A stretch of DNA of 63,373 nt, filler included, from Octopus bimaculoides (GCF_001194135.2; 4 parts of 4 records of this genome joined end to end with filler, not necessarily neighbours in it), one strand, 5' to 3'. Shown: positions 25,918 to 39,700, counted from the whole stretch's first letter. Notes: generated by a model not told the origin, from the sequence alone. Program-made: numbers and translations.

Positions 25918-27289
25918 NNNNNNNNNNNNNNNNNNNNNNNNNNNNNNNNNNNNNNNNNNNNNNNNNNNNNNNNNNNNNNNNNNNNNNNNNNNNNNNNNNN
26001 NNNNNNNNNNNNNNNNNNNNNNNNNNNNNNNNNNNNNNNNNNNNNNNNNNNNNNNNNNNNNNNNNNNNNNNNNNNNNNNNNNNNNNNNNNNNNNNNNNNN
26101 NNNNNNNNNNNNNNNNNNNNNNNNNNNNNNNNNNNNNNNNNNNNNNNNNNNNNNNNNNNNNNNNNNNNNNNNNNNNNNNNNNNNNNNNNNNNNNNNNNNN
26201 NNNNNNNNNNNNNNNNNNNNNNNNNNNNNNNNNNNNNNNNNNNNNNNNNNNNNNNNNNNNNNNNNNNNNNNNNNNNNNNNNNNNNNNNNNNNNNNNNNNN
26301 NNNNNNNNNNNNNNNNNNNNNNNNNNNNNNNNNNNNNNNNNNNNNNNNNNNNNNNNNNNNNNNNNNNNNNNNNNNNNNNNNNNNNNNNNNNNNNNNNNNN
26401 NNTATATATATATATATGTCTGGATGTTTTCCGGGACCATATATTTCATTTATCATTTTGTAGCAATTATATTCGAATGAAAATCTAGTATTTACTGGTA
26501 TTTTTCTATAATTGCTATATTAAATGGGCAATTACAACCAAGTAGGTCTATTTTTCTTATAATTTCAGAACTGAGTTTCGCGTAGTTTTATTTTGCAAAG
26601 TTCTTCCAGTACAATTCAATTCACATTCAATAATGATTACTGATGCTGATGTTAATTTTTCTGGAGTTTTTACTTTTGTGACTGTTGTAATCGTTATTGC
26701 TGTTATCGATGGTGTTGGTAGCCGTGGTAGTGGTTGTACAGTTGTAGTTGGTTGTTTGGCTCCAGTTCAACATTGATGAGCAGGTCTATGATCAAAAGCA
26801 TTCCAGCAGAGGCCATCTGTGTATATTCGTGTTATATAGTCCTGCAATATCTAATGCATTTGCTATTTTTGTTTTTATAGGATAGGACGCATTTTACTCG
26901 AGATTTGTCAGCTATTTCTAGTGTTGGATGTTATTGGTGTTAAGGCGAGCAGCATTGAAATATGAGGATTAGATATTTCTAGTATATGGAATGGTAGAAT
27001 AGTTAGAGTGTAGAACAAAATTCCTTCTAGTATCACTTCGTCGCTTTACGTTCTAAGATGAAATCCTTTCCATACCAACTCTGCCTTTTATTATTCTGTG
27101 GTTGATAATATCATCCTTTTCACCTCCGAGACAGGTGAAAGGGATGCAGTTAATCTCTTCCAAGTAAGACATACACGAACAAGAAGATTCCAGAGAGTTG
27201 ATTTCCTATGTAGAAAGGATTGGAAGTACTAGTTTGTGCAAGCACAAGGAGGGGGAGGAATATCTTGCAACTACTGGTCATGACAGCAA

Positions 27290-27700
27290 GTAGAGAGAAG
27301 ATTGTATCGAGGGTACCTCAATGTAGAAGGCGCAAGGCCATTTAACTAATTCCGAGGAATAGATACACTTGCAAGTAGAAATAAAAAGACAGAGAGGGGA
27401 GAGAAAATGGAGAGTGAAGTATACTAAGGACTGGATTGTGTTTGTTAACGATTTAATGCCAATCAGTCGAATGGTCCTTCTGTAGATGAAGTCCAGGGCA
27501 TTTGTGTGTGTAGCAGCAGCGTGTAAAAGATACGTGAGCAGTACTCCTTGTGACTCTGGTAAAGATATGCTTTCACGACAAGAAACCATTGGATATAGTG
27601 AGGGCTAGCACTTGTGTCTATGAGGTCTTTAGCTGCGTGCTGCACATAATTTGTGGGCGACTGTGGTGCAGTGGTAGTTTTTGATATCACTAGCGCTTAA
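27290..27700 (-). mobile_element. Old LINE 3' remnant (CR1/Jockey-type RT C-terminal region)
   Basis: Frameshifted KEYCSRI (cf. EYCSHVW), LDFIYRRTIRLIG (cf. LDRVQRKAxRLI) and SSEL motifs. Confidence 0.6.
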
Positions 27701-28010
27701 AGATTTTTATTGTTCAAAAAGAGATATAGCCTCAACAAAACAGGTGTCCTGCTATAGTGACATCAGCTTAGCAATGTCTATCTTATCCATCTTGCTAATC
27801 TAAGTAAAATTACGTTTAGTAGCACTTGTAGAGAAGTATATATATATGTATGGATGTGTGCGAGCATGCGTGTGTGCGAGCATGCATGTGCGCATGCGCG
27901 TTTGTATGGGTGCGTGTGTGTGCGCGCGCGTGCGAGTATTGCCTTTTTGTCGTTTTCTTCATTGCCCTTACAATATCTATCTCATGCATAAATATATAAG
28001 TACATATAAA

Positions 28011-28105
<95 letters not shown>

Positions 28106-28214
28106 TTTTAAAAAATATATATATGTGTGTGTGTGTATACACATGAGATAGATAGATAGATAGATAGATATTGCAAAGCCAATGAAAAAGACAACACAAA
28201 AAAAAAATACAACA

Positions 28215-28340
28215 CAGCAGGGACAAGAAATACTGCGTTAGTTACACGCTTAAAACGGAAGAGAAAGTATCTTAAAGTTTCGGGCGCTAATTCGTCATAA
28301 GGGTGAAACAGCAGAAGAAAAGAAAAGGAGAGTGAAAGAT
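28215..28340 (-). mobile_element. Degenerate PLE-type terminal fragment related to 11745-11915
   Basis: TTAGTTACACGC..AAAGTATCTTAAAGTTTCGGGC resembles TTAGTTTGACGC..AAAGTCTTTGACGTTTCGAGC; ribozyme core mutated. Confidence 0.45.
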
Positions 28341-29347
28341 TAAAGTCGTTAAGAAAGAACGGGCGAAAATTTAGGGGCCTAGTGGGATTGGTAAGGGAGC
28401 TAAGCAAAAAAGAAGGTGCGAGGTGGTGCATGATTATGGTTGTATCCGTGTATTAGGCTGACATAAAATGCATTTTTGTGTATGTGGTTTTCTGGTGTTT
28501 GTATATATGTATGAAGAAGTGTGCAAGTACAGAAATATAGTTGCGTGTTTTATTGGTTGTGGTGGGGTTGGTGTATTTGTTATCGATAAGTGTCCGTGAA
28601 AAGCGTGGATTAAGGTCAAAACGGATGCGGATGTATGAAAGAAGGGAAGTGAGAGGGATGGGGGAGAAGAGTGCGTGTAAGGGTATGGGTGTGAGGTTCT
28701 ATATTTGTTAGCACATTTAACTACACACGTATGTTCACCCTAAACGTACAAGCAACAAACATACTTAAACGCAAACACAAGCACACACATCCTTGCGCGC
28801 ATACACACACACATATATACACAACATGTGCGCGTTTATTCATTAAATAACAATTAAATAACTAATGGCACATGTAGCTTTTTGTCATGTAAAAAAAACG
28901 TGGATAAAATTTCTCAAAAGGTTTAGTTTTAGGTGTATTATTTAAAATAACATTAGAAACAAAAGACTTCCGACATATTTCTCAGTAGCAGAGTTTTCTT
29001 CCCGTGTAAATACATATGTGTATAGCAAATTTTGAATTCTTAATAGCTTTGCTTCTTTTGTATTTCGTTAAGATGATATTATAGATTATTATTTTCTACA
29101 TATTTTACAAATGAATTTTTATCCTATTGTATAATCCTTTCTGTGTAAAGATTTCGTATTTTTCTAAAGATTTTACTGTGATATTCATAAAGATTTCAAT
29201 GTAATGACATCAGTTTACTAAACATTTCACTCTATAAACGTTTTACACCTCTGCATTTTGTACGCGTTGATAAACTATTCAGTTCAATTGATTCCACATC
29301 CCTGTGTACCTGGTATCTAACTATACGTAGTTTCCACCTCTACTTAC

Positions 29348-29418
29348 CGCACTCAGATGTTTGGAAATCATACTGCACTGACGGACAATTATTGGCAGCC
29401 AGAACAATCCTAGGTTCA
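29348..29418 (-). CDS. Candidate internal exon (71 nt), product unknown
   Basis: Acceptor CTTTTATTTCCCACCTGAGCAG and donor GCG|GTAAGT; two open frames (EPRIVLAANNCPSVQYDFQTSEC or NLGLFWLPIIVRQCSMISKHLSA). Confidence 0.28.
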
Positions 29419-29685
29419 CTGCTCAGGTGGGAAATAAAAGCTAAGTATATTGGTTTATCATGAACTTCGTCCCTGAAAATTGTTTATCTATGCTTCAACA
29501 GATGTAATGGCGTTTTGAAACATGTATCTTTCTAATATTGAATGAAAATGATGTTTCAAATTACGTATTTATGCAGATTAATTCTGATTGTTTTGTTTCT
29601 CAAGCTATAGGCCACTAATTTGTCATTTTCTTATGCAACCCCTAGTATCCTGTTACTATAAATATTCTTTTCTTTTAATATTTTT

Positions 29686-29727
<42 letters not shown>

Positions 29728-29741
29728 TAGATAGATAGATA

Positions 29742-29987
29742 GGTTACTTTATTAGCCACACAGGGCTCAACACAGAGGGGACAAAATACAAATGTTGAGT
29801 TTTTTTCTTTTCGAGGGGGGCGAAAACAAAGCAGAAAAAAAACAAAAGTGGGGACAACGATGAAAAAAAAAACATCGCAAAACGTTTGGAGTATTTACAA
29901 AAAATACGAAATAATACAGAAAATTCCCAATAAATGGGGAGGTTATCCGTGGAAAGAAAAACCGACGAAAAGACCACGGTAACCTCG
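29742..29987 (-). mobile_element. Putative LINE 3' UTR ending in a (GATA/GACA)n tract
   Basis: Terminal ~40 nt match the SINE tail at 16060-16098; the upstream part is unrelated to the SINE and the rest is lost in the gap. LINE identity is inferred. Confidence 0.5.
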
Positions 29988-30087
29988 NNNNNNNNNNNNN
30001 NNNNNNNNNNNNNNNNNNNNNNNNNNNNNNNTTAATTAATTAANNNNNNNNNNNNNNNNNNNNNNNNNNNNNNNNNNNNNNNNNNNN
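29988..30087. other. 100 bp assembly spacer N44-TTAATTAATTAA-N44
   Basis: Identical structure at three gaps; six-frame stop linker. Confidence 0.95.
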
Positions 30088-30122
<35 letters not shown>

Positions 30123-31408
30123 GCCCACACAAACACACACACACATACACATATATATGTACGTATGGTGAGTTGTGAGCCAACAAAATACCCATGGACA
30201 TTTGCAAAGTGATAAATGCAAATATATAAGAACTGTGTTTGCATTTATAAATGTATGTTTGTCCATTGCAGTTTTGTTTAGCCCTGTGTTTGTGCGTCTA
30301 CCGGTTTGCACTCTAGTGGACCAAGTACAAATCTAAAATCTCATAATCCAAATTAGCTGTGTGAAGGTTGGTTATGTTCTAATAGAAATATATTCCTTGT
30401 AAAACCTGCTGATTCAATAATTTGGGCTTTTTTTTTCTTTTGGTTTTTACACCCCAACAACAATGAAAGGGTGAAAATAAGAAAATAAAGGGGAAATTGA
30501 AAAAAAAATAATAAAAATAATAAAAAAAAACAGATAACATTAAATGCAAACCTCTTTCCAATGAATGTGGAATTGGTATCAACTTCCACTAACTTTGAAA
30601 GAGAGTAGAGGTTAAAAAAATAACAGAATGGTAAAAAAAAAAAAAAACAAGAATGGAATCTCCAGTTATTGTAATAATAATATTGTTTATTTATATCGGA
30701 GTTCGTAATAGTTAATTGAACGAAAATTGACACAAATTATAGGCTTTTATGTTTTATGTTTTCATTTGAGAACAAGTGGATTTTCTTTTGTTTGTGTTTT
30801 GTTTTTTACAAATGTTTTTTTCTTCTTTTTTTCTGACAATTTTAAGTAACATAAAATAGTAGTATTAAAAATAATAAAAGAACGCAGTATCAATTGAAGT
30901 TAGTTAACTGAAAAGAAATTTCAAAAAAAGAACACTTTCTTTTAATGATTATGGCAAATAATAATAATAATAATAGTAATGATAATGTTAATAGTAAAAT
31001 AATAATGATAATAGTAACAATAAATCATGTAAGCTAATTATTATGCATATCTGATGTAAATCATAAGAAATTGTGTCTAATGCCTAAGAGACACTGTATA
31101 TTTCTGATATCAAGATATTAACTAGAATAGGTATCAAATTAAACATAACTTTATAATAGTAATAATAATTAGAATAAGTACAAAGAAAGTACATTGTAAT
31201 GATGTATAACTAGGGTTGGCTATAAATGTTACACTGAGCAAAATCTAAGTGCGCGCGCGTGTGTGTGTGTGTGTGTGTGTATGTGTGTGCATGTGTATGT
31301 ATATACATNNNNNNNNNNNNNNNNNNNNNNNNNNNNNNNNNNNNNNNNNNNNNNNNNNNNNNNNNNNNNNNNNNNNNNNNNNNNNNNNNNNNNNNNNNNN
31401 NNNNNNNN

Positions 31409-31445
<37 letters not shown>

Positions 31446-31751
31446 AATATGCACAAACACAATGCATTGATACTTAACCAATATAGACACACACCTTATT
31501 TGTAAAACATATATATGCACATATATGTATATATTTATGTATACAACACGTATATCAATATATATATACAACACATATATCCATATATGTGCACACATAC
31601 ACAAACATATATAGGCATAACTTATGCACATATATACACATCTATGTAAATATATACATACATGTGTACATATATATACACACACACACACACATGTACA
31701 TACATATGCATATATATATATATACCCGCATATATATCTACACCCACCCAG

Positions 31752-31792
<41 letters not shown>

Positions 31793-32257
31793 CATACACA
31801 TATGTACATGTATATATTCACATACACACGTACATTTCTGCACACACATACGTTTACATTTTTACATGTATTTAAATAATAACAATCATTTTTTTTAACT
31901 GAAATTACTTCCACCAAAATTGCAGGTTACAAGGAAACTATAGTTTGATGAATATTACTAACTTACAGGTATGAAATTTTAAGGGAAGACCAAGTAATAT
32001 TTTTTTTTAAATACCTCCAATTCTCTTTTAATGTTTGCTCTAGGAAGAAATAAAACCAGTCAATAGTAAGATAATCTGGTTAGGTAATTTTTGTAATTTC
32101 AACTATCAAATGTCATGAAAATATTTCTTCCATTTATTATATTATATACACAAAAACACACCTACATGCATATATTATATATACACATGCACGCGTATAT
32201 ATGCACATGTGTGTATGCGTATGTATATATATATATGTATGTGTGCATGTATGTATA

Positions 32258-32315
<58 letters not shown>

Positions 32316-32356
32316 TACGGACACACCCACATATATATATACTCTTATTACTTTGC

Positions 32357-32392
<36 letters not shown>

Positions 32393-32494
32393 ATTTACAC
32401 ACACACTACACAGGCATCTGTTAATGTTTGTTTTTATGTTAAGTTATAATGAAAATTTTACTTTCAACTGAAGAATTACTTGTGCATGTCCTAT

Positions 32495-32720
32495 CTGTGT
32501 TTGCCCTACTAACCCTCCTCTGCTTGACAACCAGTGTTGGTGTGCTTACATCCCCATAACTTAATGGTTTAGTAAAAGAACCTTATAGAATAAGTACCAG
32601 GTTTTAAAAACAAATGGAAATAAGTTCTGGGGATCGATTCATTCAACTAAAAATTCCTCAAGGCAGTGCCCCAGCATGACCACAGTCTAATGATTGAAAC
32701 AAGTAAAAGATAAAAGATAT
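32495..32720 (+). mobile_element. 3' half of CORE-type SINE, degenerate
   Basis: GCTTGACAACCAGTGTTGGTGTG..TGATTGAAACAAGTAAAAG. Confidence 0.75.
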
Positions 32721-33299
32721 ACTTTTACATGATGTGGGGTGATAGTGACTTCGACTGCCTGATGAATGTTAGCAGGTCAAAACTTCGAAGTCCCTGTTGC
32801 CCTTCTTCTTACGAACACACACACACTCATGCACATATATGTGCACACTACACACACATATACATGTAACATGGTAAACGTATTAAACTGACAACCATGG
32901 TTCTTAAGGACCTCCCTGGTTTACTAGCCCAAAATATACAAAAATCATATAAGCCTTTCTGTGTGTGAGTGCAAAGCATGTATTTTGTTACTGTTGTACA
33001 AAGTGTGTGTGGAACTATTTGCATATTTGTTTATACTGATAGTTTTAATACTATGTCCATAACATCATTTTTGCCTGCATAAGATAGTCTATAAAAAAAG
33101 CAAAATGGACATATAACATCGATAATAGCTAAAATATTATATACAACTAGTGAGTTGTTCTCTGAGCCATCAGAGCTAATAAACTTAAATGTTTGTATGC
33201 ATAGAACATACAAACTCAGTCAGAGAGCTGTATTGTATTAGATTGAGGAAAAAGTTTGTGTGCCGAACTTGTGCTGAATGGTCACGCCATCAATGCTGA

Positions 33300-33691
33300 A
33301 CTTTACTGCGAGCAACTTGATTGAGTTTACGATGCGCTGGTTGAAAAGTATCCAAGACTTGTTCATCAAAAACGTGCTTTGTTTCAACAAGAAAATGCAA
33401 ATCGGCATACCACCAGAAAGACCAGCAACAAGATTTGAAGAATTGGGCAGTGTGGAAATTCTGCAGCATCTAGCCTATAATCCAGATGTTGATCCATCTG
33501 ACTACGGTCTCTTCTGATCAATGCAGCGCTTTATGAAAGGTCGCCGATTTGTGTCATTCGATGAAGTTGAAGAAGCCTGTCAAGAATTTTTCCATTCAAA
33601 GCCAAAAGATTGGTACTTTGACCAAATCCCAAAACTTGCAGATTGTGAGTAGAAGGTCGAGGAAAACGATGGTCTTCATTTTGAAGAATAA
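33300..33691 (+). mobile_element. mariner transposase C-terminal remnant
   Basis: HLAYNPDVDPSDYGLF*SMQRFMKGRRFVSFDEVEEACQEFFHSKPKDWY..NDGLHFEE* (cf. mariner HPPYSPDLAPSDY). Confidence 0.88.
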
Positions 33692-34162
33692 TTGTTGTTG
33701 TTTTTGAATAAATTCTTGAAGAAAGAATGATTTTTTTAAACACGGCACAAACTTTTCTCTCAACCTGGTATAAGGCATTCAGTATTTGCCAGCAGGCAAT
33801 GAATAGTATTTTGAAAAATGCTGAATAATAAAAGATAACACGAATATGTGTGTATGTACACACACATTCATATACACACACACAAAAACACACACACACA
33901 CACATGCTCAAGTATACACGCACATGTAGATTATACACTATGGTACACAGGTATGCACTTTACTAGGAGACGCTAAAGAAATGAAATTTATAAAATCCCT
34001 ATATAAAAATAAATCCGTAAGCCTAAGGGGTAAAGTGCTGTTAACACCATTTCACCTTACATTCTTACAGAGAATGAGCATCTTAAACAATTCTGTATCA
34101 TCTAAAGGATACAATGTTGGCAAATATTTTTAACAACCAAAGTGTTAGTAATTATTAGAAAC

Positions 34163-34207
<45 letters not shown>

Positions 34208-35069
34208 AATTAGAAACCATTGTTATTATTGATAACCAGAATATAAATGAAAACTATATGTTAGTTTTATAGAAACAGCCAAAAGACCAAAAGAATAAAA
34301 AATTATGCAAACAATAATATCATATTATTGATAACTATAAACCTTAAAAATGTTAAGTTGCAGGAAGCAAACCTATTACACCGTACTCTGAGCCAGTAAC
34401 AGAAGATTGTAATACAGACTAATTGTTGCTAAACTGTTGCCAACAGCAACAGCATTATCAAATGAAACCTTTGTATTAAAAGAGTAAATTGTGGTTAGAC
34501 TATTTGTTGGTAATGTCTAAAGGATCCATACACTGCAACAGCTGTGAACTGCTTGAAGAACTTAACTGAAATAGCTAATTGCAAAACGATAGCAGTAACA
34601 CATCAATAGGCAAAGACTCCAAGAAGTGCCATTCATTTAATAGCTATGGAAAATGATAGGTCTGCTCAATGGTTGCTAACAGTTATGAAAAAGAACCCAG
34701 TTGTTTAACTTCCCTTTCGTTAACAGCTATGTAAACAATTGCATCACTCTGTAGTTGCAACCTGTTAAGCAGACAATTGTGTGAATAGTTGTTAACAGCA
34801 ATGTAAACAATTGCTTTATACGACAATTGTTAACATCTCCATAAATAGTTTCCTCATTCAACAGTTGCTAACAAGCTATTGTATTATTGTAAACTACAAC
34901 AAACACTTGACAAATGTCTCTCTCACTTGATGCATTTTAAATGAGAAAATTAGCACACTATTAACATGTCTCATTATGTAGCTAAATCCGTACTTTCACT
35001 GAGAGGAAGCCATTGTTGGATTTTATTCTTTGTATAGTATAAACATGACTCCATATTTTACCAATTATT

Positions 35070-35129
<60 letters not shown>

Positions 35130-36224
35130 TACATGTAAGACATGTATGCCTATGTTGAATTATACTGAAATTAAAGTAAATCTTTTCGGCAACAGGTATA
35201 AAAGACGTTTTCCAAATGAAATTAAAATATGTGATGATAATAATTCATTTAAGATCAAGCTCAAATCAGGAGAATAGGTAGAACAAACGGAATTGGTTTA
35301 AGTAAAGAAACAATTTCAATGAAGTGCTAAAAACCGAAAGAGGAAAAATATGTCTAAAAAAGAAAAAGAAGGTGAAAAGGTTTAATTATGCTACTGAAGA
35401 ATACCAAATAATTAGCAGCAGGAATTGTGCATTTGAAAGTTAGTTAACTCACAATATTTCAACTGAAATCCATTTTGAAAAGAGGATGTAACCAAAATCC
35501 AAAAATTAAATGATGCAATCCAAAAAGAAAATAAGAATTATTCTAAAAGATTTACTACCTTGAAAATCCAAACAGCAACAATTGAAAAAGTCATTCATGG
35601 TCTCTTGTAGAGAAACATGTTTTGGAATATATGGGGATAAAACTCAAATGTTATCAAATTTCTGTAAAAATAGATATTTTATTAATCTATGGTGGGGAAT
35701 GACCAATATAGCCATCAATTTATAGATGCAACACAAAGGAATCAGTAAATAAATATATGTATATATCCTATTCAAAGATACTTGTGTGAAGGTATGCATA
35801 CAGAAGTTTAAATGCTTTCTTAGCAAAACTTGATTTTGCTTTCCCAAATGTCACCTATAAAGGAATTTTGGCTTTTAATTCCTTTTAGATTCAGTTCATT
35901 ACAAATTATGAAATATCTGTGGCTCGTTAGTCACAATATATAAAAATGGTATCAATCAAATTCTCTCACATTCCTCACCATCCCCGCCAACATCTTACCA
36001 CCATCAACATTATTACTATCTCCAATTATCTACTCTCCCTTCTTCTCCCTCCTTTTGTCTTATAATCATTAACAGTGTAATCTGGTTTTTTTTTCCTGTC
36101 TTTTTTTCTTGTTTTTGTATTTTGTTTTATATTTTCGTAACCCAAACAAATGTATGAAAAGGGGGTACAAAGACTGCAATGTTAATAATGGGAGATGGCA
36201 ACATCAAAATTAAAAAAAGATTTG

Positions 36225-36257
<33 letters not shown>

Positions 36258-37271
36258 TTAATGATGATGATGAAGAGGATGATTAGGATGACCACGATGA
36301 TGTCGTGGCCTTCATTAGTAACAACAACAATGACAATATCATCAGGGGCTTTAATCCTCCAAACCCCTTCAAGATATTCCCCTCCATAGTTGACTTTATT
36401 ACTTATTAGCAAAAATNNNNNNNNNNNNNNNNNNNNNNNNNNNNNNNNNNNNNNNNNNNNNNNNNNNNNNNNNNNNNNNNNNNNNNNNNNNNNNNNNNNN
36501 NNNNNNNNNNNNNNNNNNNNNNNNNNNNNNNNNNNNNNNNNNNNNNNNNNNNNNNNNNNNNNNNNNNNNNNNNNNNNNNNNNNNNNNNNNNNNNNNNNNN
36601 NNNNNNNNNNNNNNNNNNNNNNNNNNNNNNNNNNNNNNNNNNNNNNNNNNNNNNNNNNNNNNNNNNNNNNNNNNNNNNNNNNNNNNNNNNNNNNNNNNNN
36701 NNNNNNNNNNNNNNNNNNNNNNNNNNNNNNNNNNNNNNNNNNNNNNNNNNNNNNNNNNNNNNNNNNNNNNNNNNNNNNNNNNNNNNNNNNNNNNNNNNNN
36801 NNNNNNNNNNNNNNNNNNNNNNNNNNNNNNNNNNNNNNNNNNNNNNNNNNNNNNNNNNNNNNNNNNNNNNNNNNNNNNNNNNNNATATATATATATATAT
36901 ATATATATACGTATATATACATATATATACATACATACATATATATTCACACACTGTATGCACACACATACATGCATATATCTATATATATACTTACATG
37001 TATATACTCATATATATATACATATACATACACACACAGATATATACACACAAACACACACGCCTCACATACATGCCTAAACAGGTGAGTGCCTGATGCA
37101 TGCATATGTACATATATACTCATACACAATAAGCTTTATAATTATGTAGATTTTAAGTGTGTTAGTTTCTGAAAATTTGAATGAATATCCTGTTATGTAT
37201 CCACGCAAGTATGTATATATATATATGCATGTATTAAAATATTAGTAAAATGTAAACATTGTGTGCGTATG

Positions 37272-37311
<40 letters not shown>

Positions 37312-38284
37312 TGCATACGCGCAATGCTCAAGGAAATCACACAAAACTTTTGTATAATATTTTTTTTTTCCAAAATAAACAAAGAAAATTGCATTCATAT
37401 TCTATTCAATACATTCAACACCTTTCTCTCTCGACTCCCTATATTTTTGTAATACTCTAATATAGCTAAAGTGAAAAACATCTTTTTTTCTTTTTTAAGT
37501 TCCATGTGATATTTTTTGCTTCCATTTTTTTTTCTCTCTTTTTTTGTTTTTTTGTTTTGTTTCGTTTTGTTTATTTTTATTTTTCTCGCTAGAATAATGC
37601 ACCAATTATTGAAGTCTCGCGTTCACGATCTGCAACAATCCATTGTACCAGAATGAGAGATGAATACAGTTGCACATATAGATAGCAATTATCAATATGT
37701 GTAAGTGCACAAAACAAATTTAATATGGACGTGGTTATATGGGTGTATGCAAGGATTTTTGTCTTTATTTTTTTCAAGCATGTAAACATCTGAATGAGTG
37801 CATGCATGTATGTGCATATATGTGTGTGTGTGTATGTGTAACTATGTGCCTGATGTATATATATTTATATATATATATAAAAAAAACATTGCGCAAAAAT
37901 TGATTTTTGCTCTCAGTCATAAAATTTGGCGAGGTTATTTCTATCATCAGAATCATGTTGACCATCATATAGGGTCAGTGATAGAGTTAGTTCATAGAAA
38001 TGTTTTCCTTCATAAGCATGTATATATATATTTATATATATAAATATATGCATATAAATATATATATTATATATATATCTATATATATGTATATATATAT
38101 GTGTGTATATATGTATATATCTATATAAATATATATATCTATATATGTATGTATATATGTATATATCTATATAAATATATATATCTATATATGTATGTAT
38201 ATATATATATATATATAATTTATATATATACATATATATATATAAAATATATATATTTAAAATATCTATATATATGAAATATAC

Positions 38285-38320
<36 letters not shown>

Positions 38321-38781
38321 NNNNNNNNNNNNNNNNNNNNNNNNNNNNNNNNNNNNNNNNNNNNNNNNNNNNNNNNNNNNNNNNNNNNNNNNNNNNNNNN
38401 NNNNNNNNNNNNNNNNNNNNNNNNNNNNNNNNNNNNNNNNNNNNNNNNNNNNNNNNNNNNNNNNNNNNNNNNNNNNNNNNNNNNNNNNNNNNNNNNNNNN
38501 NNNNNNNNNNNNNNNNNNNNNNNNNNNNNNNNNNNNNNNNNNNNNNNNNNNNNNNNNNNNNNNNNNNNNNNNNNNNNNNNNNNNNNNNNNNNNNNNNNNN
38601 NNNNNNNNNNNNNNNNNNNNNNNNNNNNNNNNNNNNNNNNNNNNNNNNNNNNNNNNNNNNNNNNNNNNNNNNNNNNNNNNNNNNNNNNNNNNNNNNNNNN
38701 NNNNNNNNNNNNNNNNNNNNNNNNNNNNNNNNNNNNNNNNNNNNNNNNNNNNNNNNNNNNNNNNNNNNNNNNNNNNNNNNN

Positions 38782-38826
<45 letters not shown>

Positions 38827-38999
38827 CTGTATGTTTGCATATATGTATGCGTACCTGTGGGGTGTGTGTGTATATGCACATGTTTAAAAGATACCTTCTG
38901 ATGCTTACAGTTCCAGCTGATCAATGAGGATCTCCAAATTTAACAAGTGATTTTTAAGTATACAGGATGGCATACCTTCACATACAGGAAAATGAACTT

Positions 39000-39142
39000 T
39001 CATAAATTTTTTAAAATATGGTGGCTTATCAGTGCCAGAAATATGCATGTCCACAATAGAATGTTTTGTGCTTTGGCAAGGTGACCTCTTCCGCTGGCTG
39101 TTCCTTTCGAGCTTGATGACTTCCCATCTGAATCAGGAGTTC
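39000..39142 (-). CDS. Candidate last coding exon with GPI-anchor-like or transmembrane C-terminus
   Basis: Long pyrimidine tract ending TTCTTCTTTCCAG|G; phase-1 frame TPDSDGKSSSSKGTASGRGHLAKAQNILLWTCIFLALISHHILKNL*; donor GAAG|GTATGC 24 nt after the stop (exon could span 38976-39142). Confidence 0.45.
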
Positions 39143-39339
39143 CTGGAAAGAAGAAAAAAGAAAAAAAACATTCATTATATGGATATATATATATATTGCA
39201 TAAACATTCTTTGTTTCCAAATATTCATAAATTGCAGTTTAACTTAAAATATTTTGTTACATATACACATTTGTTAACTCCATAACATCGGTTGACGTAA
39301 AATTATTTGTGCTGTGTACTCTCTTTGAATCATCATCAT

Positions 39340-39700
39340 CATCATCATCATTATCGTCATTTAACATCCGCTTTCCATGCTAGCATGGGTTGGACGATCC
39401 GACTGAGGACTGGTGAAACCAGATGGCTACACCAGGCTCCAATCTGATTTGGCAGAGTTTCTACAGCTGGATGCCCTTCCTGACGCCATCCACTCAGAGA
39501 ATGTAGTGGGTGCTTTTACGTGCCACCGGCATGAAAGTCAGTCAGGTGGTACTGGCAATGGTCACAGTCAAAATAGTGTATTTTACGTGCCGCCTGAACA
39601 GGAGCCAGTTCAGCGGCACTGGCAACAATCTCGCTCGAATGTCTTTACACGTGCCATCTGGCACAAGTGCCAGGAAGGCGACACTGGGCACAGTTGCCAT
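39340..39700 (-). mobile_element. SINE with RTE-like (GAT)n tail and internal tandem subrepeats
   Basis: Reverse complement of GGAAGGGCATCCAGCTGTAGAAAC..AACCCATGCTAGCATGGAAAGCGGATGTTAAA plus (GAT)n. Confidence 0.85.

Noticed and set aside
30032-30043. TTAATTAATTAA repeated at 30032, 47519 and 59880
   Set aside because: Each sits centrally in an N44-12-N44 spacer of exactly 100 bp: an assembly linker with six-frame stops, not biology.
32747-32790. TTGATGA...AAAAC with a flanking GACTTCGA/TCGAAGTC stem (hammerhead-like)
   Set aside because: Both core segments deviate (UUGAUGA, no GAAA), so the call cannot be supported.
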